64,000 bases of DNA from a virus (IMGVR_UViG_3300033070_001087:16177-80176); one strand, 5' to 3'; shown: positions 21,102 to 30,691, counted from the first letter of the stretch. A program made the numbers and translations. The notes: a model not told the origin generated them from the letters alone.

Positions 21102-21518
21102 ATGAACACATATAAAGGATTTATTACAAAACTACCAAATAATGGTATATTTGTATTTGGTTCCAATCCACAAGGCAGACATGGAAAAGGAGCAGCATTA
21201 ACAGCAAGAAGATTATTTGGTGCAAAATATGGACAAGGAAAAGGATTAATGGGACAATCATATGGTATTATTACCAAAGATTTAACTAAATCTAAACATC
21301 CAAGTATATCATCATCAGATATAAAACAACAAATTAAAGCATTATATAATTATGCTGATGCTAACTTACATTTACAATTCTATATCATATATTCAGGTAA
21401 AGGAAATAATCTAAATGGATATACCAACCAACAAATGGCTGATATGTTTAGTTGTACTACTATTCCTGTAAATATAGTATTTGAAGAAGAGTTTGCCAAA
21501 TTACTAACTATTAAGTAA
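21102..21518 (+). CDS. hypothetical protein, Gly-rich nucleotide-binding-like N-terminus
   Basis: IFVFGSNPQGRHGKGAALTA...GKGLMGQSYG has Gly-rich loops. Family not resolved. Confidence 0.35.
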   Translation: MNTYKGFITKLPNNGIFVFGSNPQGRHGKGAALTARRLFGAKYGQGKGLMGQSYGIITKDLTKSKHPSISSSDIKQQIKALYNYADANLHLQFYIIYSGKGNNLNGYTNQQMADMFSCTTIPVNIVFEEEFAKLLTIK

Positions 21519-21554
21519 ATAACCAAAATTAATTAATCACCAAAAACCAAAACA

Positions 21555-21794
21555 ATGAAAATTAAATTCGATATTTTAAATCAAGAAATTGATCTAACTG
21601 ATGTATTCTTAAATGAACAAAGAAAAAAATGGTATTTTAACAATTGTATCCCAAAAATACCAGAAGAAACAAAAATAGAAGACTTAACAGATGATCAAAA
21701 AATTAGTTTAATAAAATTAGATATTTACGAAGGAGCTTTAGAACAAGAAGATATTTGTAATTTACCTAATAAATCATTTAAAATAAACCAATGA
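21555..21794 (+). CDS. hypothetical protein
   Basis: 79-aa ORF with an A-rich leader. Confidence 0.3.
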   Translation: MKIKFDILNQEIDLTDVFLNEQRKKWYFNNCIPKIPEETKIEDLTDDQKISLIKLDIYEGALEQEDICNLPNKSFKINQ

Positions 21795-22042
21795 AAATAC
21801 TATTAATAATACTACTAAGTAGCTTTTTTGTAGCCTTTATGATGAAAAATTCTATTAGAGTAATAATAATGAATCTAATAGTAGCATTAATATGGATGTT
21901 AAATGCTATAAGTATTGCTCAAGCAGAAGCACAATTACATTTAATAATGATACCACTATTTCTCTTTTTAATGCACTTAGTGTTTATTAAACAACAAATT
22001 AGTTTAAATAAAAATGAATTAATAGATTGGATCAATAAATAA
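21791..22042 (+). CDS. small membrane protein
   Basis: 83 aa with two or three hydrophobic helices. Confidence 0.35.
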   Translation: MKILLIILLSSFFVAFMMKNSIRVIIMNLIVALIWMLNAISIAQAEAQLHLIMIPLFLFLMHLVFIKQQISLNKNELIDWINK

Positions 22043-22190
22043 AACTAAACTTTTTTATTCACACTCACTAAACAATCAAACCAATGAAAAGATCAAGAAT
22101 TAAAACAACATTAGCTCTTTACACAACAGCATTAAGCAGAAGAACTATCTGTTTAAGAAACAAATTTCAACCAATTAATATTGGATTTAA

Positions 22191-22403
22191 ATGATAGCAA
22201 TTTGCACACAACAGTTTAAATGTGATAACTTCATAGTCAATAAAGACGATTACATCTTTATTCCTGAGTATTATAAAACTATAAAAACTGAAAAGTATTT
22301 TAGTTGTAAATACATAGGACCAGATAGTGAAGCTAAACCAACTACACAATTTGATATAACACAGAATACCTTCAAAGAATTTTTTGAAGAAACAGAAATT
22401 TAA
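22191..22403 (+). CDS. hypothetical protein
   Basis: 70-aa ORF. Confidence 0.25.
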   Translation: MIAICTQQFKCDNFIVNKDDYIFIPEYYKTIKTEKYFSCKYIGPDSEAKPTTQFDITQNTFKEFFEETEI

Positions 22404-22523
22404 CGGCTAGCGAACTAAATAGTCGTAACAGGGCATCATACACATGATAAGTAGATTTTATAAAAAGATTTAGTCTATGGTTCAGAGTATGATGCTTTTA
22501 TTTTTAAACCCAAACCAATCTAC

Positions 22524-22766
22524 ATGTGTAATAATAACACAAGCAAAACTCAAATTGAGTACAGAGTAGAAATTGTTAAATGCACACCTCCATTAGGTTG
22601 GTATAGAAGTCATATTGGCTTAGAATATACATGTTTTGACATTAAAAATGATAAATTCTATGGTATTAAACTAAATGAATCATCAGTTGGATGTCAAAGA
22701 CTAATAACTAAGGAAGATGTGAGAATAATTTATGAAAAACAAGGAGAACATTATATGTATCACTAA
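22524..22766 (+). CDS. hypothetical protein
   Basis: 80-aa ORF. Confidence 0.3.
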   Translation: MCNNNTSKTQIEYRVEIVKCTPPLGWYRSHIGLEYTCFDIKNDKFYGIKLNESSVGCQRLITKEDVRIIYEKQGEHYMYH

Positions 22767-22956
22767 AACCAAAACAATGTTATTTACAACACACAATCCA
22801 ACAAAAAGAGTATCTCATACTGTATTAAAAGATGAGAAACACTTTACAGTTCAATTTACTTGTTTAATAACAGGTAAAACAGCTATTGAAAAATATGCTG
22901 TTCCACTTACAACTAAAGAGATAGAAGCAGAATATGATTATATTTCTTTTAAATAA
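22732..22956 (+). CDS. hypothetical protein
   Basis: 74-aa ORF. Confidence 0.3.
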   Translation: MKNKENIICITKTKTMLFTTHNPTKRVSHTVLKDEKHFTVQFTCLITGKTAIEKYAVPLTTKEIEAEYDYISFK

Positions 22957-25020
22957 AACTTTAGAGAGTCTGGCTGAGATATTATCTATGATTAGCTATC
23001 CTGAAATAGTGGACATAATAGCTAATAGAATATCAAAGCTGGATTCTATATTATAATGATTAATCCACGTTAAAGAGATTAATCATATTTCCAAAGCTTG
23101 AGTTATAACAGGTGAATGTAGTCCTGATGAAAGATGCTTTTCAAATTGCGAGGGAGTGACTTATAACTCTTGTTAAGGAAATAAGATAAATCATTTGCTT
23201 GAAGATAAACAATATACTAGGCATCCCTAAAAAGCCATTGGTTGTATATAAACTGTACTAGCAGTTGTGTTCCTGAAAAGGTATTAAATATTGTAGAGGT
23301 ATAGACTAGGGAAGACACCTTGTAATTAACGTAGTTTATATTCCACTAGAATTTGGACAAGTGATTAACCCACAGTGAGATTACCTATCAATCTGTGGGT
23401 TCTCTAATTAAGCTAGTTTATGAACAGCAACACTTCTTGTAGTAAGATGCGGTAAATACCTTAAATCTGAAAATCTAGTGAAAAGAGGTGTGATTCCTCA
23501 ACTAGATGTACCTATAACAGGATACTAGCATGTTTAATACCTGAGAAAGCCGTCGCCAGAAATGGAGTAGTACGTGGTATGATTGCAGTGGTGAACAAAG
23601 CCTGTTATTTTATTTTTCTGGTATAACCAGCATTTTAGCGACAGTTATTGTATTTAAAACTGCGTTGGTGGTAACATAAGAACCATTATTATTAACCAAA
23701 CATAACTGGTTACTTTTGATTAGTAAAAATAATGTAAGTTTAATCCTATTTAAAGGCAATGAATAACATTTACTATCAATTAGCGAAAGTGGGCATTAAT
23801 ACACGGATAGCTAATCAAAAGGTTTTAATAATAATTCATATCAAATACAACTTGTTATTATAATTATAACTGAGCTGTTGGTAGAGAATTGTAAAGCATA
23901 CTTGAATTTGTGGATATATTGCTTGTAAGACAGCAGTAGATAACGATATAATCTAAGTAAAGTATGTGGTGGCAGCATAAATTAATTCCCATAGTCTACT
24001 AAGTTAATTCAGATGTAGCAACCTTGTAAGTGGAGACCTCGCTGTAGGATAATCAGTATTAATTTATGCCTCAACAATAGTAATATTGTTGTAGTAGTTG
24101 TTATAGTAAAAATAGGTTGCAGACAATTAATTGAGCTTATTTTGAAGTTAATATGTGTAAGGTTATAACAATATTAATAACAACATTGTGCAGACTGGAG
24201 TGATTACCAGTAACAAACCATACAGGATAATACATAAACTGTATGTAGTTGATAGGTAAAATAGAGAAATCTATCTACTGATAATGACAACTATCAACGA
24301 GGTTAGCGAAGTCCTTGAATTATAAATTAAAAGTTACTAAGATAGAAATATCGACTTATTCCATTAGTGTTAGTGGATTTGGTGGATAAAAGGTAGTGTC
24401 TTCCATCAAAGTAATTATCTATGACTTAATTTATAATTCATAAAATTCATACTGATTAATAATTGTTGTTGGAGCATGCCCAAATGAGGGATAACTTTTA
24501 AAAAAAGCTTAGTTCAAACAGTAACGAAATTCCTGATATAGGCGTGTAAGTCTATTGGTTATTAATCAGTAATCTGAAGTAAGAAGTTATAAGTGAAAGA
24601 TGTTGCCAAACAGTGATATACATCTATAACTTTCTTACTGAAGATAAAAATACATGGAACTATTAGCATAAGGTATTGGAGTATGCAGATTTCCAAATGT
24701 TATTAACCTTTGATAGGAGATAAGATTACCAGTTCAAATCTGGTATAGTTCCCACAACCACTTGTCGTTTAAACAAGTATGGTTAGTCCAAGACAATTCT
24801 ATTGTAAGAATTTGTGCCAAGTAAGGTAGATCCGCCACTAAAATCACAGAGAATACTGAAGAAATAATATAACTTTAAAGAATAAGAGAGGTGATACTAT
24901 AGGTCTTTAAAGAAGTACAGAACAGAGTTGTTAACAGTAGCGTATCTAACTATAAACCGAGTTCTGGAAAAAATATAACTATTAATAAATCATTTACTAA
25001 CCAAAAAAACTAAAAACACA
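22957..25020 (+). ncRNA. ~2 kb ORF-free, hairpin-dense region; candidate large structured RNA(s) / Y-RNA locus
   Basis: No ORF of 60 codons or more in any frame across about 2 kb. More G and C than the flanks. Many local stems such as CCCACAG/CTGTGGG, GAGTTATAA/TTATAACTC and GTGGA...TCCAC. Contains the tRNA-like module at 24656-24754. Strand assumed from neighbouring genes. Confidence 0.35.
24656..24754 (+). ncRNA. tRNA-like element lacking anticodon arm (Y RNA-like tRNA mimic)
   Basis: Acceptor stem GAACTAT/ATAGTTC is 7 bp, or 8 with the G-C pair from 24656. U8-A9, then D-stem GCAT/ATGC. T-arm ACCAG-TTCAAAT-CTGGT. CCA encoded directly after the acceptor. The 40 nt between the D and T arms do not form an anticodon stem. 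Confidence 0.4.
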
Positions 25021-26433
25021 ATGAGTAAAGTCAATCCGCTTGTAAAACCTGAATCAAAATTCAGTAACGAAAGAACAGCTGGTGGAGCTGGTATAAAGTC
25101 TGCTAAACAAGACAATATATCCATGCTTAGAAGAACTGTGCTAGCAAACCTATTATGGGAAAAAAATGCTTATGTAGATGGTATTACTACAGCACAGCAA
25201 ATCGCAGAATTAATACCAAAATGCAATCCTAAGGAAGTTGCAAACTTAGCTATTGAAACGAGATTAGTTCAAAAACTAAGACACACTCCATTATTTATTG
25301 CTGTTGAAATGCTTAAACATAAAGAGCATAAAAAATATGTAGCAGATGTATTAGCTAAAGTAATTACTAGAGCTGATATGTTAACAGATTTTTTAGCTAT
25401 TTATCAAGTACAAAATGGTGGTAAACTTAAACCAATAGCTGCACAGGCTAAAAAAGGTTTAGGTAATGCATTTAATAATTTTAGTGAGTACCAACTTGCT
25501 AAATATGACAGAGATGCTGCCATTAAGTTAAGAGATGTTTTATTCTTAGTACATGCTAAACCACAGCAAGGTAAAGAAGAATTATTCTCCAAAATAGCAA
25601 ACAGAGAGTTAAAAACTCCTGATACATGGGAAGTATCGCTATCTACAGGTAAAGATAAAAAACAAACCTGGACAAGATTGATTGAAGAAGGTAAAATTGG
25701 TGGCTTAGCTATGCTAAGAAACATTAGAAATATGATGGAAGCAAGTGTTGATAAGAAAGTAATAAACAGAGGTTTAGAAACTTTAAAATCACAAATGCTA
25801 TTACCATTAGATTTCTTAAAAACTGCCAGAATCAATCCTGAATTTAGTAGAGAAATAGAAGATGCTATGATAGGCTCCTATGCTAATCTACCTAGAATAC
25901 CAGGTAAAACATTATTTGTATTAGACCGTTCAGGCTCTATGAATGCACGTGTTTCTGATAAATCAGACTTTACAAGATTAGATCAAGCAATGGCTATGGC
26001 TATGTTAGCTGCTAATCAATGTGAAGATTATACACTTGTATGTACAGCTGGTGCAGACCATAATTGGACACATACAACTGAGCTAATTAAATATCCTAAA
26101 AAAGGATTTGATATAGCAGATCAAATTAAAGGATTAAAAATTGGTTATGGTGGAATTTTCACCAGACAAGCTTTAGAATGGTGTGAAAAGAATGTGGGTA
26201 AAGTGTTTGACCGTATTATTGTGTTCTCTGATTCACAAGATATGGACAGAAAAAATAAAATTCCTAAACCTTTTGGTAAATATAACTATATTTGTGATGT
26301 ATCAGCACATAAAAATGGTGTAAACTATAAAGGCGTATGGACTGCTGAAATAAGTGGACATAGTGAGCACTTTTTAACTTATATAGCTGCCTATGAAGGC
26401 TTAGAGAATTCATTCTTGGAACAGGATGTATAA
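25021..26433 (+). CDS. rsr: Ro60-like RNA-binding protein (TROVE + von Willebrand A domain)
   Basis: 470 aa. Alpha-helical N-terminal half about 300 aa long. C-terminal vWA with MIDAS motif DRSGSM. Domain order and size fit Ro60/Rsr. Flanked by tRNA-like RNAs. Confidence 0.5.
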   Translation: MSKVNPLVKPESKFSNERTAGGAGIKSAKQDNISMLRRTVLANLLWEKNAYVDGITTAQQIAELIPKCNPKEVANLAIETRLVQKLRHTPLFIAVEMLKHKEHKKYVADVLAKVITRADMLTDFLAIYQVQNGGKLKPIAAQAKKGLGNAFNNFSEYQLAKYDRDAAIKLRDVLFLVHAKPQQGKEELFSKIANRELKTPDTWEVSLSTGKDKKQTWTRLIEEGKIGGLAMLRNIRNMMEASVDKKVINRGLETLKSQMLLPLDFLKTARINPEFSREIEDAMIGSYANLPRIPGKTLFVLDRSGSMNARVSDKSDFTRLDQAMAMAMLAANQCEDYTLVCTAGADHNWTHTTELIKYPKKGFDIADQIKGLKIGYGGIFTRQALEWCEKNVGKVFDRIIVFSDSQDMDRKNKIPKPFGKYNYICDVSAHKNGVNYKGVWTAEISGHSEHFLTYIAAYEGLENSFLEQDV

Positions 26434-26518
26434 AATATAAATATACTGTGGTGTATTACAGGGTTACTTCTTTTGGTGAAACAACACCCTGTTAACTTGT
26501 TCCCAGTATAAAAATAAA

Positions 26519-26653
26519 GTTGTCGGTAGCTCAGTGGTAGAGCAATGGTTTAAAAAAGCCTATTATGTCTATTCTTACATTATGGTATAGTGAAATAATA
26601 GTTACTTCAATTCGGCACCGTGGGTCCTGCGTTCGAATCGCAGTCGGCAACCA
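26519..26653 (+). ncRNA. tRNA-like RNA with ~67-nt insertion replacing anticodon loop (Y RNA/YrlA-like candidate)
   Basis: Acceptor (G)TTGTCGG/TCGGCAA(C). U8-A9. D-arm GCTC-AGTGGTA-GAGC. A stem ATGGT/ACCGT encloses a structured insert with CTATTAT/ATAATAG. Perfect T-arm CTGCG-TTCGAAT-CGCAG. CCA encoded at 26651-26653. Confidence 0.45.
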
Positions 26654-26837
26654 ATAGGATGGTGATTAAACAGTTACATCAATACAGAATTCACTCTTCC
26701 GTTAACAACAACACTGTTTAAAATGTTCCTCCTTTTCTTTTATTTGACATATAGTGGTGTCTTATAGTGTTACATCAAAATTATTCGTTACAATTTTCTC
26801 AAACACACTATAAATTGTTCCCTACGATGTCAAAAAT

Positions 26838-26908
26838 ACGTGTATAGTTTAATGGTAGAATAATGGTCTCCAAAACCATTGGTTGAGGTTCGAATCCTTG
26901 TATGCGTG
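26838..26908 (+). tRNA. tRNA-Trp (anticodon CCA)
   Basis: Hand-folded cloverleaf. Acceptor ACGTGTA/TATGCGT with 2 G-U pairs. U8. Anticodon stem ATGGT/ACCAT, loop CTCCAAA. T-loop TTCGAAT. Discriminator G. Confidence 0.5.
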
Positions 26909-27159
26909 CAATTTTATTAACAACTAAAAATAAAAGTGATTTTAGTTGTATTTAAATAACATTTAACTCTATTGATTGCCGTGAGGCAATTGGGTTTTTC
27001 ATAGTTTTATGGTTTTTGTGGACTAAATCCAGGCCGAGAGTAATACCAGTTTGGTATAGCTAAAGCAACCTGGATTTAGACTACTAACTCGTTTGAGCGA
27101 GTATAAATAGCAGTGTTAGGCTCAAAGCGTTATATTTATAGGTCACTAAAACAACCATT

Positions 27160-27468
27160 ATGAAAAAAATTATCAATTTATTTCCTCCATTTCAAATTAA
27201 TCAAATGCAGGAAGTGCAACACATTATCAAACAAATATTTGGTAATTCAAAACACGACTGTGAAATTATAATATTACACAGTTGTAATAATCCTCAATGT
27301 CCTATGGGTACTATTTATGGTATTATTGGTTCAGAAGAAGATGAAATAATGGCAATAAATTTTGCTATTGATCAAATTGACAAAGAAGAAAGAGATTTAA
27401 GATTTGTCATGAAAAACATAATTGCTTTACCTGAAAATAAATTAAAGCAAATGACTGAAAATAACTAA
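27160..27468 (+). CDS. hypothetical protein
   Basis: 102-aa ORF. Confidence 0.35.
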   Translation: MKKIINLFPPFQINQMQEVQHIIKQIFGNSKHDCEIIILHSCNNPQCPMGTIYGIIGSEEDEIMAINFAIDQIDKEERDLRFVMKNIIALPENKLKQMTENN

Positions 27469-27485
27469 CACCATTATTGGTTTTT

Positions 27486-27547
27486 AGTGAGAGGAGTTTA
27501 TGGATCGACTTCGGTTGATCTGTAACTCCGTATCACTAAAGTTTTTA
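27486..27547 (+). terminator. long imperfect hairpin with UUCG loop followed by T-run (terminator/processing hairpin)
   Basis: AGTGA-GGAGTT-GGATCGAC-ttcg-GTTGATC-AACTCC-TCACT, then aaaGTTTTT. Confidence 0.4.
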
Positions 27548-27748
27548 CACATTTTAAACAAATTTATTATTTGCTATTCATGAAATCCAAAAAGATAAAG
27601 TTCTTAAAGGAGGATTTGTTGCTATAACTATGCATCGCTTTGATATTGAAGAAGCTAAAAAAGGATACATTAGAAAATATAATAGTAGAAGTGAAGCGGA
27701 TTTTATTTTTAAAACATTAAAAACATTTTATAAACAAATTTTTAACAT

Positions 27749-28120
27749 ATGAAACAGTATATTTTAACATTATTACTTGTATTTGCATTAGCTTTATTAA
27801 CAAAAGGAAACGATTGTTATTATCACACAACATTTAAATCACTTAAAAGTGAAGAAAATAGAAAATGGATACAAGATACTATAGTATTTGAATTTAATTT
27901 AAAAGATTCATTACTATCTATTAAAACTGAAAAAGAAGATAGAAAATTTAATATCTTATCAGTAAGTTTTAACGATTACCTAGTTGAAGATGATACTAAA
28001 GCAGATATATATAAATTATCAGAAGGATATTATCTATGGATAGAAAAAAATCCTAATAATTTAAATATATTACAATTAATATTGTTTGATAACAAGGAAA
28101 AACATTACATTTATAAATAA
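27749..28120 (+). CDS. secreted hypothetical protein
   Basis: N-terminal signal peptide MKQYILTLLLVFALALLTKG. Confidence 0.4.
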   Translation: MKQYILTLLLVFALALLTKGNDCYYHTTFKSLKSEENRKWIQDTIVFEFNLKDSLLSIKTEKEDRKFNILSVSFNDYLVEDDTKADIYKLSEGYYLWIEKNPNNLNILQLILFDNKEKHYIYK

Positions 28121-28147
28121 ATTTAAAAACATTAAACCAAAATTATT

Positions 28148-28366
28148 ATGAAAAAACTTTATTTTTATTTAACAATTAGTTTTCTTATTCTTTTAGGAGG
28201 ATGCAAAAAAGAAAATGAATGCAAATCACAAGATAAAAAATATCAATACCGAGAGATTTCTACACACAATGTTACAGGTATAACTATTATTAATCCATGT
28301 GATGCTGCAAAAAAAAGTGCTTATTATGCTTCTTGTCCTCCAGGATGGGAAGTAATATGGAATTAA
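28148..28366 (+). CDS. small lipoprotein
   Basis: Signal peptide with lipobox LLGGC. Confidence 0.4.
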   Translation: MKKLYFYLTISFLILLGGCKKENECKSQDKKYQYREISTHNVTGITIINPCDAAKKSAYYASCPPGWEVIWN

Positions 28367-28548
28367 TTTTAAGTTTTATGTTAAAATTTAAATTACTTCA
28401 AGAATATCCAAACAGTCCTAAAACAGGCACAATTATTAGTACACCAGATGATTCACTAAAACAATGGCCTCAATATTGGGTTCAAGTGTGTCTAAAGTGT
28501 GAAACTAATATAAAAGTCTGTAAGACATTTGGATGTAAGAAAAAATAA
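28333..28548 (+). CDS. hypothetical small Cys-containing protein
   Basis: 71-aa ORF overlapping the end of the upstream gene. Confidence 0.25.
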   Translation: MSSRMGSNMELILSFMLKFKLLQEYPNSPKTGTIISTPDDSLKQWPQYWVQVCLKCETNIKVCKTFGCKKK

Positions 28549-28577
28549 ATTAACCAAACCTCATTAAAAATCAATTT

Positions 28578-29609
28578 ATGACAACACAACCAATCAAAAA
28601 TCCATACACTTTTAGTAAAGATGCATGGCATTGTAAACTATTTAAATGGTGCTATGGTGTAAATCCTCCAGATGTATTTAAGACAATGTGCCCTTATTTC
28701 TGGAGTTTTGTAGGTACATTATTTATAATTCCTTTTATTGCAATAGCTAAAGGAATGAAAATTCCATCCAAATCTATTGGTGATTTTGTATCTAACAGAG
28801 TTAAAGACTGTGAAAATTACAAACAAAAAAGGAAAGATAAGAAATTAGCTAAAGAATTAGCTAATCTTAATGAATGTTATCTAATTGTTAAAGCTATAAT
28901 GGATAATCCAAATGCAACTGATGAAGAATTAGTAAAAGCATATGAATTTTTAAGATTTAAACAAATAGGAATAGGAAAGATTGGCTTGTTTATACAAGAT
29001 AATTTACAACTCATGAATTATGATGATGCAAGCAGTTATATATGGCAATTCAAAGTACGAGTTAATAAAGCAATAACCAATATTAAAACTAAGCAAGAAG
29101 AAATAGATAGAGTTAAAAAACACAATGAGATACAAAAACTAGATAATACTATTATTACATTAGAGAAAATACAAGATAGTAAAATTCTTAAATGGATTCT
29201 AATGATAATTGCAGGATTTATTATCATATGTATTATTGGAGCTTTATTTTATGGTATTTACACATTATTTGCTTGTGTTATTGTACCTAATATAACACTT
29301 ATTCTAACATCAATAACTATTGGAGTAATTATAATAGCTCTATTAGCTGGTTTTATATTTTCAGTATATCAATTCTTTAAATGCTGGGGTGAGACTATTG
29401 GTAATGGATTAACATGTTTCTTTAAAGCACTGTGGAAAAAATTGTGCTGGTTAGGAAATGGAGTTGTTCATTTACTAGGATATTGTAAACCATTACTAAA
29501 TATATTTCTTATCTTTAAATACATAGCATTAGCATGTGTATTAATAGGTAAAACAATATATGCGATTTATAAACAGTATTGTCCAATAATTACATGGGTT
29601 GAAGAATAA
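28578..29609 (+). CDS. integral membrane protein
   Basis: 343 aa. Multiple hydrophobic helices at 45-60 and 200-330. Confidence 0.4.
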   Translation: MTTQPIKNPYTFSKDAWHCKLFKWCYGVNPPDVFKTMCPYFWSFVGTLFIIPFIAIAKGMKIPSKSIGDFVSNRVKDCENYKQKRKDKKLAKELANLNECYLIVKAIMDNPNATDEELVKAYEFLRFKQIGIGKIGLFIQDNLQLMNYDDASSYIWQFKVRVNKAITNIKTKQEEIDRVKKHNEIQKLDNTIITLEKIQDSKILKWILMIIAGFIIICIIGALFYGIYTLFACVIVPNITLILTSITIGVIIIALLAGFIFSVYQFFKCWGETIGNGLTCFFKALWKKLCWLGNGVVHLLGYCKPLLNIFLIFKYIALACVLIGKTIYAIYKQYCPIITWVEE

Positions 29610-29614
29610 TAATT

Positions 29615-30121
29615 ATGGAACAGTTAAAAAAAAATTGTTCTAATATTATAGACCGGTGTAACAAGTGGCTAGAAAAATGTAGAACACAAAATCGCTCAGA
29701 ACAATGGATAGATTGTAATTTTCCAGCAATGTTCTTACATCTTTGTAAAGGTAATGATGAACTACATTTTTTAAAGCATCGTGATGGTGACTTATTAAGA
29801 AATAGAGGTTTATCTTATCGAATACAAGATTATAGATTATTATCTATTGAATTTACTAGTCCTTGGAATTGTGATGATTATGTAAAGAGAGTTGACGAGA
29901 TTAATAATATCTTTAAACTATCTTTACCTGTTACATTTAATTTGAATGCTATACCAAAAAAATCATTTCAAGGTAAAAGAACAACTAGTGTAAGAGGTAG
30001 ATTCTTATCACATCATCAAAGAATTCAGCTAGCAACTGAAAAACAACAACAAGATATAAAAAGTCTTGGTTATTCTGTTCAATATCAAATGAATAGATTA
30101 CAAAATTTCTCATTTAAATAA
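29615..30121 (+). CDS. hypothetical protein
   Basis: 168-aa ORF. Confidence 0.35.
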   Translation: MEQLKKNCSNIIDRCNKWLEKCRTQNRSEQWIDCNFPAMFLHLCKGNDELHFLKHRDGDLLRNRGLSYRIQDYRLLSIEFTSPWNCDDYVKRVDEINNIFKLSLPVTFNLNAIPKKSFQGKRTTSVRGRFLSHHQRIQLATEKQQQDIKSLGYSVQYQMNRLQNFSFK

Positions 30122-30140
30122 CTAAAACAATTTCCAAAAA

Positions 30141-30587
30141 ATGGATCCAAATCAAAACAAAGACGGACAAGGCGGAGACGCTAACAAAATTGAAAAGCAA
30201 TTTGATCATGCTTTCAACACAATGCTGGCAATTTTCAGAGGACCAGGTGTATTTAAAAGACAAACTGTAGGTAACGACACAGTTGCCGGTTTAGTAGATG
30301 AGCTACTAAAAGAACGCGAAGAAGCTACAGCTAAAACTTTTAAAGAAAAAGTAAGTGCTTTAATTGATAAAAAAATTGCATTCGACAAAGAATGTAGGAA
30401 AGCAGAAGAAGATTACAAAAAACTTATTCTGGAAAAAAAGAAAGCATTTACGAGTGAAATTAAAGATGTATTACAATTAATTGGAAATGCTGAAGAATTA
30501 CGCAAAGCATATGTATCAACTTTAGGTGAAGCAAAAGATGCTTTAGCTGAAGAAGATCAACAAGCACAACAGGTAAATCCTGAATAA
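30141..30587 (+). CDS. hypothetical coiled-coil protein
   Basis: 148-aa ORF. Glu and Lys-rich helical sequence. Confidence 0.35.
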   Translation: MDPNQNKDGQGGDANKIEKQFDHAFNTMLAIFRGPGVFKRQTVGNDTVAGLVDELLKEREEATAKTFKEKVSALIDKKIAFDKECRKAEEDYKKLILEKKKAFTSEIKDVLQLIGNAEELRKAYVSTLGEAKDALAEEDQQAQQVNPE

Positions 30588-30618
30588 CTGCTTGATTATA
30601 CACAAAAAAATAATAAAT

Positions 30619-30691
30619 TGCGGGTTGGAGCAGTTGGTAGCTCGCCAGGCTCATAACTTGGAGGTCGAGGGTTCGAGTCCCTCACCCGCTA
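30619..30691 (+). tRNA. tRNA-Met/Ile2 (anticodon CAT)
   Basis: Hand-folded. Acceptor TGCGGGT/ACCCGCT with a U1:U72 mismatch. U8. D-arm GAGC-AGTTGGTA-GCTC. Anticodon loop CTCATAA. Perfect T-arm GAGGG-TTCGAGT-CCCTC. Discriminator A. Confidence 0.55.

Noticed and set aside
23130-23160. CUGAUGA motifs suggestive of hammerhead ribozymes (about 23135, also 20768 and 37235)
   Set aside because: The conserved CUGAUGA heptamer is present, but the required stem II followed by GAAAC and a properly placed cleavage-site helix could not be formed. Most likely chance occurrences.
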